Position numbers and translations under genes: made by a program. A DNA stretch of 64,000 nucleotides from Paramecium tetraurelia (Eukaryota), in the NCBI GenBank assembly GCA_000165425.1, contig CT867985.1, positions 124,001-188,000 of the forward strand. The letters are read 5' to 3'. The notes beneath the pieces are model-generated. The model did not search any database. It was not told the origin of the DNA and saw only the letters and a list, made by a program, of their open reading frames with translations. This document shows, in pieces, positions 43,157 to 57,076 of the stretch; the first letter of the stretch is position 1; each line of letters starts with the position of its first letter.

Positions 43157-46100
43157 ATGCCAAGCATTATTCTTCAGATCAGAGCACTTTTGGTGAAAAA
43201 TTTCACTTAATCCTTCAGAAACAAAGAATACATATCTGATTTAACTTTGCCCGTAGTAACAGCAATAATCGTCTCTTTAAAAGATCAATTAGAATTTTTA
43301 GGATTTTTCGCTCCTCTATTTTTATCAATAGCAGTAAGTACACCTCCTAGGTCACTGCTAATAAACCTTGTTGAAGAGAAGAGTGAGAGATTTAAAGAGT
43401 CGTAGAAAATTATGGGAATGAAATAAAGATCTTACTTAATTGGATGGATCCTGTATGGTTATATAAAAACATTGATGGTAAAATGATTAGAAATATTGAT
43501 TAGAGTACAATATTTTTAATTTTCTTTTGGTGGCTATTGACATTGATAATCAATGATGGAAATTATGGATTCAACATAGAGTCATATAAAATATTCTTAA
43601 CCTACTTCTTGTACAGTAGTACAGTACTCAATTTTTCATTGGCAATGTCAACTGTGTTTTCAAGTCCAAAATTAGCAAATGAAGTTTCGACCTTTGTAAC
43701 AATATTGTCAATTTTACTTACGTTTTTGGTGTTTTTGTCAAGTATTTAAAGGTATCAATCTAAATAATAAAAATAGTTCATCCCTATTCTACTATTGTAT
43801 GTCCATATTTCCATAATCCTCAATAAGCTTTATTTATATGGGGGCATTAAAGAGAGGGTTTTTCAATTCCTAAGCAATAAGTTCGGCCTATCCTTTGTCG
43901 AATGCAGCTTTGTAATTAGGAATTGAATCAGTTTTATATTTCATATTATTCTTTTATTTGGATCAAGTATTTCCAAATGAATATGGAGTATCTAAACACC
44001 CATTGTTCTTTTTATAAGGATTATTTGGGGGATCAAAGAAAAATAAATTGAATGATTCATTATTAGATGAAGATTATACCCATACTCAGAATGGAGATTA
44101 TAGCAGTGCAATCTACCATCAGAAATTAAATATCTAGAAAAAATGCACAGTTTCAATTAAAAATTTAACCAAGAAGTTTGGGGATTTCAAAGCTGTAGAT
44201 AATTTAACTATCAAATTATATGAATAGGAAATTCTATGTTTATTAGGACATAATGGTGCTGGTAAAACTACAACAATTAGTATGCTTACTGGAATGATTT
44301 AAAAGACAAAGGGAACAATAGAGATTAATGGAATTGATCTGGAAGAGAATATAGATGCCATAAGAGAAAATGTAGGTATTTGCACTTAGAGAGATGTTCT
44401 TTACGTTTCTTTGAAGGTTATAGAGATGCTAATATTCATGGGTAGAGTCAAAGGTTTAGAGGGATTGGACTTACAATAAGAAATTAATGAGATCATTGAG
44501 GTTACTGAATTAGAAGAAGACAGAGATAAATTAATTAAAGAATTAAGTGGAGGAAGTAAGAGAAAATTATCATTGGCTATTGCATTGATTGGTGGATCCT
44601 CTGTCATTTTCTTAGATGAACCAACAAGTGGTATGGATGCATAATCAAGAAGAATCATTTGGGAGATCTTATAGAAAGTGAGATAATAAAATAGAACATT
44701 GATATTAACAACACATCATTTAGATGAAGCTGAAGTATTAGCTGATAGAATCACTATCATGGCAGCAGGAAAATTACTGGCTTGTGGTAAATGTGATTAT
44801 ATTAAAACTAATTTTGGAGAGGGTTATCATTTATCAATCACTAGTTAGAATTAAAAGATATTATAGGCTTGTTCAGATTAGGTACTGTCTATTATCTAAG
44901 AAGCTTAAAATGATCCTTAATCTTAATCTGATACTAGAATATTTTTAATACCTTTCAAAAGTAAACCAAAATTGGATTAATTAATTGGAGCCATTACTAA
45001 ATAATTTTAGAATGAAATCGTTATTAATTTGAAATTGAATTCTTTGGAAGATGCTTTCATTAATATTGGAATGGATGAAGAGAAATTTATCAAAAAGGCC
45101 AAAGGAAGTAAAGCAAGTGTGAATGATAGTGAAATAGCTATGGAATAAGAGGTTGAATAACAAAGAGACATTAAAATTCCAAAGTGTTTAAATGATCCAC
45201 CTGTGTATTCATTTAAATAACAATTCACTGCTATCTTCTTAAGAAAGTTTTACACAACTTCAAGAACATTTAGTAATTATATTTCAATTGTTATACCTTT
45301 CACTTTGATAGTTATTGGAACTTTGATTATTGATGAAATCAACTTAGATTTTCTGAAAGATGACAAAAATTTAGAGTAATATTTTAAATTGGTGCTTATT
45401 TCATTATTTGTAATTCTTGCATTTTGCTTTAATTCCTCTTTATTTATTACTTTACCAGTATTAGAAAGAGAGTTCAATCTAAAATACGCTTTAACAGTAA
45501 TGGGTTGTAGAGTACTTCCTTATTGGATAGGAACTTATGCATTTGACTTTTTACTATACTCTTTCTTTGTGATCACATTTGTGATATTCAGTTACATTAT
45601 GCAATTATCATTTGTTACTGATCATATGGGATATGTAGTATTCGCATTTGTCACCTTTGGTTTTGCTTATATTTCATTTTCATACTTTGCTGGCATTTTA
45701 ATATATAAGAAAACATCCACAGCTATGAAGACCTTCCCATTCTTAAACTTTTTCATAGTTTATTGTATGCCTTAAAACTTTTGGGGTATATGCGCTTTGT
45801 TGTGGTAAAAGGAAATTGGAAGTCCTGCCTTAATAGAGTTTTTAATAAAGTCCATTGAATGTATATTTTCCTTTTTAAGTCCATTCTTTGCCTTCTAAAG
45901 AGCCTTTTAGAATATCATAAAGATAGATGTCACTCCTAACAACAATCAACCACCGCCTTTAACTACAGAAACCCTCTATTATTCTATTGCAATGTTTTAT
46001 TAAGGAATCATTTTCTTCATCCTAACACTTTATTTGGAAGGCAGATAATTCAAGTAGGTAGCTAATAATTTAGAGAATAATGATGTAAAAAGAAGTGTTA

Positions 46101-47135
46101 GAGTTGATCAATAAGTCATAGACTAAGAATAAAATTTATTAAAATCAAATGATCCTGTTAAAATGTATAGATTGTAAAAGGTATATGAGAATGGATGTGT
46201 TGCACTTCAAAACGTAAGTGTTTCAATTTAAAAACAGAAGATCCTCGGACTTCTTGGTCCCAATGGATCTGGAAAATCAACTATTTTTAATATCCTGACC
46301 TCCTTAATTAATAAGAGTGGTGGACAAGTAAAAATAAAAAATTAAGAAGTTCATCGAGGAAAACATGAAGTATTTTAAGATGTTGGTATCTGTCCATAAT
46401 TTGATTGCATCTGGGAGAATTTAACACCAAATGAGCATTTATATCTGTTTGGCAGAATGAAAGGATTATCTGGAGCAGATTTAAGTGAGTCAGTTACCTA
46501 CTTTTTGTAAACAATGCAATTAGAGGAGTATATTAATAGAGAAAGTGGTCGATTATCAGGTGGAAACAAAAGGAAATTGTGTGTTAGTAATGCCTTAATT
46601 GGAGGACCATGCATTCAATTCTTTGATGAACCAAGTACAGGAGTTGATCCAATAGCCAGAAGATTCTTATGGAGAACTTTGAAATTGGGAGTTCAATTGA
46701 GACAAAGCAGTGTAATGTTGACTACTCATACTATGGATGAAGCTGAGAATTTGTGTGATAAAATTGCAATTTTAGTAAAGGGATAAGTTTATTGTTTGGG
46801 AAGTCCACAAGAGTTGAGAATCAAATATGGGGATGGCTATGATATCTAATTAAGAGAGTATAAGAATAGATAAGAGATTACTCAATTTCTGAATAGACAA
46901 TTCTAAAATATCACAGAAATCATATAAAAGGATCAAGAAAATTTATAATTCCATGTAATCTATATTGAGCTATTTTTATTAGATTCCAAGTTAGTCTTTC
47001 GATTTCAGCAAAGCCTATTTCTCATTGACAGAACTTGTCTAAAAACAGTTGATCCATGATTTCTCAATCAATCAATCATCTTTAGAATCAGTATTTTTGT
47101 AATTTTCAAAATCCCAACAAGATTAATATAATTGA
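43157..47135 (+). CDS. Full-size ABC transporter, subfamily A (~1300 aa)
   Basis: [21 protein letters not shown]1 [47 protein letters not shown]2 [44 protein letters not shown] tail. Confidence 0.96.
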
Positions 47136-47285
47136 ACAATGTGGAACAATATATATACATTTTTATAAATTTTAATATGAAAGAATTTCTTAATATATGA
47201 ATTACTTATAAAACCTGATGCTTTAAATAGTATAAATCTTGGAAATAATAATGTGGACAGCATAAAAATTATTTATTAAATATTG

Positions 47286-49472
<2,187 letters not shown>

Positions 49473-50223
49473 TGAAGTTTATAAATTAACATAAAATTAC
49501 AATTAATATTCAAAGGGTTGTAATCATATATGTATACTTGAATTGAAAAGAAAATAAGTTTACCTAATAAGTTTCAATAATTTAACTAAACCATTAATAT
49601 AATATCTAATGATGGCCATTATTTGAACTTTCAAAATTCCAAGATGACTTAATAATCAAAGCAAAAAATGATAATATGAAATTTGAATCTAAAAATAGTG
49701 AAATAATAATTTTGAGATTAATAAGAAAATAAATAGGTGCTTATAAATTAAGATCAAAATAGAAACTAAGCTGATAGGGTACATTTATTTTGTGTTATTT
49801 TTTATACCTTTGTAAAGCAGACCTTGGAGTCCTATCTCAAATTAAAAGATAATGTATGGTAATTAAATTTAAATATAATTAATTAAATTTGTAAAGTTTT
49901 TTATAAAAACAAAGAGGATAAGTTTGATAACTTAACTTTAAAGGGAATCAATGGGCAATCTTGATACATATGATGAGTTCTCGAAATGGAAGATCGGATC
50001 TACCCTCAAAATTCAACAAGTTTAAATCAGAAATACAGATTTACTCAATTTATCGGTTTGATTAATAAAATTCAAGTAAATATATTTTACAGACCAAATG
50101 AACTATCTGATTAACAAATCAGTATGAATTAATATCATAAATGAGATGCTAACTTTTAATTTATATTAAATACTTTTCAGGATAGTTATATTATTATTAA
50201 TAATTATTAATTTTGAGAATTGA

Positions 50224-52109
50224 ATGGAATAAGATTCAAAATAGAGTTAGCTCATTTCTCCTATATAGAAAGCATAATAAATCTTAGATTAAAGTGAAAC
50301 ACAAAAAGCAAATGAATCTCAATAAAAAATGATTTCGAAGAGCAGAATCTAGAAATTTAGAACAGAAGACTTTTCTTTAAGGAAAAAACTTCAAAATTAA
50401 AGCTTTTATGGGAAAATGAAAGTAATATGTAAAGGGATGCAATAATACATTTACATATTGTTAGAAGACCCTAACTCTTCCTTAGTAGCTTATTGCTTGC
50501 AATTCCTTTTACTAACAAGTATATTGTTATCTTGCATTGCAATAATTGTAGATTCTCTAATGGACAACAGTATGATTATTGATTTAAAATAGATAGTAAT
50601 TCTCAGTATGATGAAATTTCATTTTATCTAGAATATTATCTCTTCATATTCTTTGGCTTAGAATACATATTGAGAATGTTTAGTTCAACGGCTTTTGATT
50701 AAAAATTAATGGGATTTATTTTATCTCCATTGAATTTAATAGATTTACTTGCAATAATGCCTTTCTTATTTAATCTCATTTTTGAAGGGGCAAGTTTGTC
50801 TGGATTAAGAGTAATTAGAATTATCAGATTCATGAGAGTATTTCGGCTATTTAAACTTTCGAGATTTATGAAGGACATGTTAATGATTGTAAATATATGA
50901 GTCACTTAAAAAGGTAGATACAGTGAAGCATTCAGCTAAAGACATAATAATATTGATTACGATGTTTTTCTTTATGGTTTTATTTTTCTCCATAGTTGTG
51001 TATTATTTGGAATATGATGAACGCTAAATCGTTGAAGATGAATAGAAAATTCATTCTATATCTGAGGCAATTTGGTGGTGTATTGCAACAATGACAACAG
51101 TTGGATACGGTGATAAGTTGCCCTTGAGTATACCAGGTAAAATGATGGCTTGCATAGCAGCCTTTTTTGGAATTACGTCTATTTCATTGTATAGAATATA
51201 AAAACTAAATAGACCTGTCGCAGTTATGGGAATGAACTTGACTTAAACATTGAAAGAGCATGAAGAAAATATAGAAATCTAGAAATTGAAGGATCAATTT
51301 GTTATGGAGAATGATACAGAATTGATCAATAAACGAGAATAAACACAATTAAATCTGAAGGAATTGAAATTTATGGAAAGAAGATTAGAATAACTGTTAG
51401 AAAATAACTAGAAGGTCATGGATTATGTTGAATAATCTCAATAATTATTTGATGAAGTGACCTAAGATCTTATGAGCTTATATTCAGCTTTGACTGAATA
51501 ACTGGATCTTCATATTGAAACAAAAATGAAGAATTTGAAGGCCAGACATCGAGTAAATTTTAGTTCATATTTACATAGATAATGAAAATGGAAAAGAATC
51601 TTAATCAAAAGAAATCCATCGAATTGAGTCAAATTGTATCTGCATTCAAGGAGAAATAAAGGTTGATTTCTTAGGGCTCAATTCTAGTGTGTGAAGAGAG
51701 CCAAGCGGATGTTTTTAGTATTGCAAGTAAACATAGTAGACAAAGTAAACAATACACAACAACAAGAAAGAACTAAAAATTAAGAAGCAAAAATAGCAGA
51801 GGCTCCTATCTATGTGTCATTAATAATAGCAACCTAAATCCTTTTAAAACTTAGACAGATTTTAATGATCCTGATTCTCATTAAAATAGTATTATATATG
51901 CTCAGATCAGTTCAAAGAACTCTGTCTTAAATTAAGATGCGCTAGGTGGTAATGCTGAATTCAAATTCAATTTGGAAGAGTCAAGCGGTAATATAGACGA
52001 AGAGGATGACAATGATAATAGATTCGATCTAAGCAGTAAAATGCAAAGTATCTCAAACATTTAAGATTTTAAACTGAAGAATAGTATTAAAAATAATAAT
52101 ATATTATGA
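50224..52109 (+). CDS. Voltage-gated K+ channel, Kv (Shaker-superfamily-like) 6-TM type
   Basis: LLEDPNSSLVA before S1, NLIDLLAIMPF (S3), S4 LRVIRIIRFMRVFRLFKLSRF, pore AIWWCIATMTTVGYGD (51097-51114), S6 SLPVAV, C-terminal coiled coil; TGA 52107-52109. Confidence 0.95.
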
Positions 52110-52950
52110 ACTGCTACGATAAATAATTTCTTGAATATAGATCGAACAACTCAACTTTGGATCAACAATATTCTTTGTTCGATGATATTAAGTACAATAA
52201 AAAGAGTAATGAGTTCATCCAAGAGAATAATGAAAATTAAAAAGAATAATAATATGTTTATATAAGAGATAATTATTATTATGCAACTAGAGGTGATTTT
52301 ATAACCAAGGTTGTCTATGCGAATAATGCATTAGAATTTATTAATGGGTTAAGATTGGATCAATTTTTTGGTTATGGTATTGATGAAAATCTATATTTAA
52401 AAATTAAAACCTGCAATCTCAATTACAAAAAATGTGATACTATCAACGAAGAGCTGATTAAATAATTCAACGATATCTTCCAATTGATTTGGATTGACAC
52501 ATCAATTGAAAAATTATAAGCTGCTCGATTATTATATAATTAGATCATTAAAAATAACAATCAATTCACAGATAAGTAAATCTGTGATTTGTATTCATAA
52601 TTATTACAGAAAATCAAATCATTAAGTATCTTATAATATAAACTATAATATAATAGAAAACAAAAATACCTTCAAATAAAGAGTTCATATTATGAAAATG
52701 GAATTTGTGATATTCAAAATATATGACTATTAACATTTTCCTGATATTAAAAAAAATTGCAATATGTATTTAATTATGTTAAATATATAGATGCAAAGTC
52801 TGTTAATAGCATAAATCTAAGTACTACTGCGGAGGTTGTTTTTACTTTACGGGTAAAAAATGGAGTTTATGTTTGGATGGATGCTTCAGTAAATTTCATT
52901 AGGAACCCAGTAAATATTTATGTAGAAAGAAAATGAATTAAATTAAATGA
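52106..52950 (+). CDS. piggyBac-transposase-derived short protein with C-terminal cysteine-rich (zinc ribbon) domain, 262 aa
   Basis: Removing introns 52626-52656 (31 nt) and 52766-52790 (25 nt) gives a 789-nt open frame ending HFPDIKKNCNICKVCQQHKSKYYCGGCFYFTGKKWSLCLDGCFSKFHQEPSKYLCRKKMNQIK*, the HxP..CxxC..CxxC..LC..CFxxFH pattern of piggyBac CRDs. Confidence 0.72.
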
Positions 52951-52963
52951 TGTATGTTCGATT

Positions 52964-53705
52964 TCATTACTAAAACTGGGATGCAAATTTATGAATCAAA
53001 TTTAATTGTTATTCCAATGGCAATGGAGCACAGCGTTTCAATAAATTAATTATTAGAACTGCATCGACACCTTTAATCCAAACTCTACCATTTTTACCCA
53101 CACAGACTTCGAAACTCGAGTGTTTGCTTATCTCCTTAAATAATTCTGGCTTTGTTTAAGAACTTAATAGACTTTAAACAAAATTCAAAGGCAAATCAAC
53201 AATGACTCCTCCGGTTAATTCTCTAAATAGATTTTCTCCTGTTGTCTAAATATTAAGATAAAATTATTACCCATTCTTTCTTACTCTAAGGATTTATACA
53301 TGACAATTTACCCTTTAGGTAATGATTCAATTCAATGACTCTAGCGTATAAAAGTTATCCAACTTAAATGTTTGGTTTATTCTTCTTTGTTGCTCCCTCA
53401 AAATCCATTTAATTTAGATTATATACTAACCCATTACCGAGATCACAAAAATAATACTCGCTATTCTTTCCAGTGACTTAGACTATCACATAGTCTTCAA
53501 TTTCAGGTGTATAGTATATTGGATTATGACAAATTGCAATTTTTTATTAATCTAACCAAAACCAACCTGCATGTTTTGTTTCTATTTCCAGAGATTTAGT
53601 AATGTTGACATCTTGCTTATTTGTTTTAATGGTATTGCCAGAAACTAAACTCTTGAGAGGAATTTTTTCTCCTGGCAAAGTTATATATACAAGAGCACTT
53701 TACAT
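52964..53705 (-). CDS. RRP40: Exosome complex component RRP40
   Basis: ITLPGEKI, YTPEIEDYVIVQV, MDFEGATKKNKPNIQVGQLLYARV, LSCINP, EVCVGKNGRVWIK. Confidence 0.93.
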
Positions 53706-53720
53706 TAAATAATTTAATTT

Positions 53721-54095
53721 ATGGCTGCAGAATTTAAAATTATAGTTGACAGAGCTATTTAAAAATATCAAACATAAATTGAATCCCTATAAATAAAATA
53801 GCAGAAATGCTAAGCCTAAGTAGAGGATCTATATAAGAATGATGAAAAAATAAAAAGTGCTTTATTGATTGAATGCAATAAGGATGTCAATAACTTCAAT
53901 AACTACTTATAATAATACAGACAATAATAAATAAATTCAATGACAGAAATTTGTTATCAAGAATTATAATTATTTAATGATATAAATTCCTAAGAATACA
54001 AAACGGCTAAAAGGAATTGTATAAGAAATTAATTACTTAACAATGTTGTGTTTGAGTAGAACATATAATTAAAATTAAGTGGAATGTAAGTGTGA
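53721..54095 (+). CDS. Small helical hypothetical protein (124 aa) with four spaced Cys
   Basis: Intronless ORF in ciliate code, MAAEFKIIVDRAIQKYQTQIESLQ...LSGMQV*; amphipathic helical pattern. Confidence 0.65.
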
Positions 54096-54144
54096 AGTAT
54101 AGATATAAAAAATAATAACAAAAATTATGAATAAGGGTGATTCA

Positions 54145-55716
54145 GATATCAATGCAAATTAAATAGATTTTTCCTTACATTCTGCACTTTATTCACATTA
54201 TATGGTTTTTTGGCTGCCTAGATTAATTCCTATTAAGCTTCATGTAGAATATCGCAAATGCGATTTGCTGCATTTTTCTTACTATGAATAATAACTGTAT
54301 TTGGACAAGTCGTGTTAGACTATGATATTATAAATTGAATTACATCACTCTATATTGGAGTAGTTAGAGAGGAGTTTTCGATTTCTTTTGTCAGCATTTC
54401 ACTAAACTCATTGATTTCCTATTCATTTTGAAAGTCCTCCTCTCTGTAGAACTATTAAAATTATTATTATGTTATTATGTTTTCTTAAAGAAGTGTCTCC
54501 AAAACTACTTGTCTACTTGATAATCTCGACTAATGTTTTGGTTTCTAACTGGGAGAGAGCATTGGTGAATCATCAAATTACTAGGAAGAAAAATTAAATT
54601 GTCTATTTAATTGAACATCTTCTAATTCATCCGATGAGTCCATAATGCTTGATCTGATTGTATTAAACGTTTCTAACAGATTTAAATTGGAATTTTGTGA
54701 CTGATGGTTTAGTCTTTAATATGGTTGTGAATTGAGTAGTCTATAGAATTCACTTTCGCCAAAATAATTAATGAAAATTTCATTAAATAAGAGTTCTTGA
54801 ACAGATTGCACATTGGAGTTAATCACATTCTGTACTGTATCCTTTTCTTTAGGAAATCTAGAATTTTTAATTAACAGAATACTTTGAAATTAAGTAAGAC
54901 TTGATTAATTGAACATCTTAGAATATTTCTTTAGAATATTCGTTTGTCATTTTTTCAATCTTACCATTGTCTAAGACCTCCATATTGCAATTATCATCCA
55001 ACAAAATTATGTTAGAAACCTATTACAAAATTAAAACGAATTTTACTTAAAAGTGATTTAGAACCAACCCCTCATTATGGTATTTGTACAACATTTTTAA
55101 TAAACCAAAAAACGATTATTCGAACGATAACTCTATAATTGGCTTTCCATTCAAATACGAAATTACTATATAGAGATAATGTTCATCTTCATATAGATAT
55201 TCATGTTTTTAGTTCCTTATTATCTATTTTAAATATTCCTTTCCTTCCATTTTTGCATACTTTTTTATCGATTTTATCATACCACTCTATTTATCTCTTA
55301 CTTACAACACCTATTAAATAACAACAAGTAATACCTAAAATTTCTCTAAGTCAAACAACACTTTTTCTATTTCATAATACAATTAAATATCCAAATGCAT
55401 GCAATGTTAGTCAACGACCTTGTAAAACTACTGTAACTTTGGCCCGTTGACATTTATTTAACCAAATTTATTTTAAAGAGTGACTCCTCTCTCATCTAAA
55501 ATAACATAAGTTTCCAATAAATTTATATATTAACTATTGGCATATAATTGACCTGAGACCACTTTAAATCTCTCCAGGTTGTTTTCGCAGTATAGCTCAA
55601 AAGTTTATTCCTTTAAATTAAGATGGAATGCTTACTTCTTCATCATCTAAATTCAATTGCCATTTATCATAAACTGGATTCCAAAAGGATTCAGCAAAGA
55701 GAGAATCTTAAATCAT
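54145..55716 (-). CDS. Hypothetical protein, possibly a degenerate kinase-like gene or pseudogene
   Basis: MIQDSLFAESFWNPVYDKWQL..., short introns, a kinase-N-lobe-like YEDEHYLYIVISYLNGKP segment, low-complexity C-half. I could not find HRD/DFG and did not fully resolve the frame. Confidence 0.45.
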
Positions 55717-57076
55717 TTTTCTAAATATTTTTTTTATTAATAATCATTTTATAGCTTTTAATAAATACTTATATAGCCTCTCATATCATTTTCGAATTTT
55801 ATATATATATATTTATATACAACTCATTTATTACCCAATTTAATTAATCAATTATTACACATTTATAAGATTAGATCAATATTTACTATGTATATTTTTC
55901 ATACTCAATTCATCTTGAAAATTATTTGTTTTTAAACTTTCATTCAATCAGAATAATACTGAATTTTTATTTATTTTTTATAATACTTCATTTAGACAAC
56001 GAATATCTTCCATATATATACTTTAAATGAATAAAAGACAGAATTATCAAAGTCGGTATTCCATACTTGTAATTAGATTTATTTATTGAATCATTTACCT
56101 AATTTCATCATAAACAAAGGATGTGCTGGAGGTAATAATAAATTTTATTTTTTATTTACTTCATTTTAAACTATGCAAATAACTGATTTGAATTATTTAA
56201 TTAATGAAAAATTTGAAAAAATATCAAATAAACTGAATAGTGTGTCATAATTAAAAATTCATGTATTTAAATGTAACCTATTAAATTCAATATTGTTCGT
56301 CATAAAAGTATAATTAAATTATTTAATTCATATTAAATACCAATGTAGTCATATTTATAAACTAAATATCCAAAACTTATAGAATAAATTAACTATTTAA
56401 GTGGATGCTATTTTCCATTCTCTAATAATCTAGATGAATTATATATATTCTTTGAACTCATTTTTAATATAAAAATAATAGTTATTTGCTAATCAATTTA
56501 TTAATTTGATAAGTATTTTTAATCCAATTATTTCTCAGTTTTATCCTCTATCTCTAATACACTCTAAAAGCGATTCAAGGATTAATTACCGATAATTTAA
56601 TTTTATCATTTATATACTAATCCAAAAGATATAAAATATTCTTTTTATTCGTTTAATTCAGAAATTGTTTTGAAAAAGAATTAATTTCAGCGATTCCAAA
56701 TCTTAGTTTGCTAATTCATAATTATTTCATTACTTTTTTGGTTATTCAAACATATTTATATTCAATTTTTTTTGCCTTTTTCCTTTTCTTCCAAATATAA
56801 AAATTCCAATCAAAGTTGAATATCTTTACTAACTCCATTTTCTAGAGTTTATTAAAATGCTAATTTTCTTGTTATGAATTAGATGAAATCATCTTAAATC
56901 TTAAGGATGAATTCTAAAAATTCTATTTATTTATTTGAGCTGAAAAAAATTTACATTTTTTATAAGTAGAAATTCAAATTAAAATTTAGAAGTAGAAGCA
57001 AATCATGAATTCTTGGTTAGTTAAAGAAATTATAAAAATTATCATTTATTAAATTATAAATTGTGATTAACAATTA

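Noticed and set aside
49550..50150. Coding-like fragments upstream of the K+ channel
   Set aside because: Interrupted by TGAs, no recognisable domain, and no evident splice path into the channel.
52723..52936. A second apparent ATGA overlap, or read-through of two TGAs, giving ...VKNGVYVWMDASV...
   Set aside because: Splicing the 31-nt and 25-nt introns gives a single stop-free frame with a recognisable Cys domain, which is a better explanation.
52000..53000. Intact piggyBac transposon around the CRD gene
   Set aside because: No terminal inverted repeats seen, no DDD core, and no room between flanking host genes. TTAA is too frequent in this AT-rich DNA to be informative.
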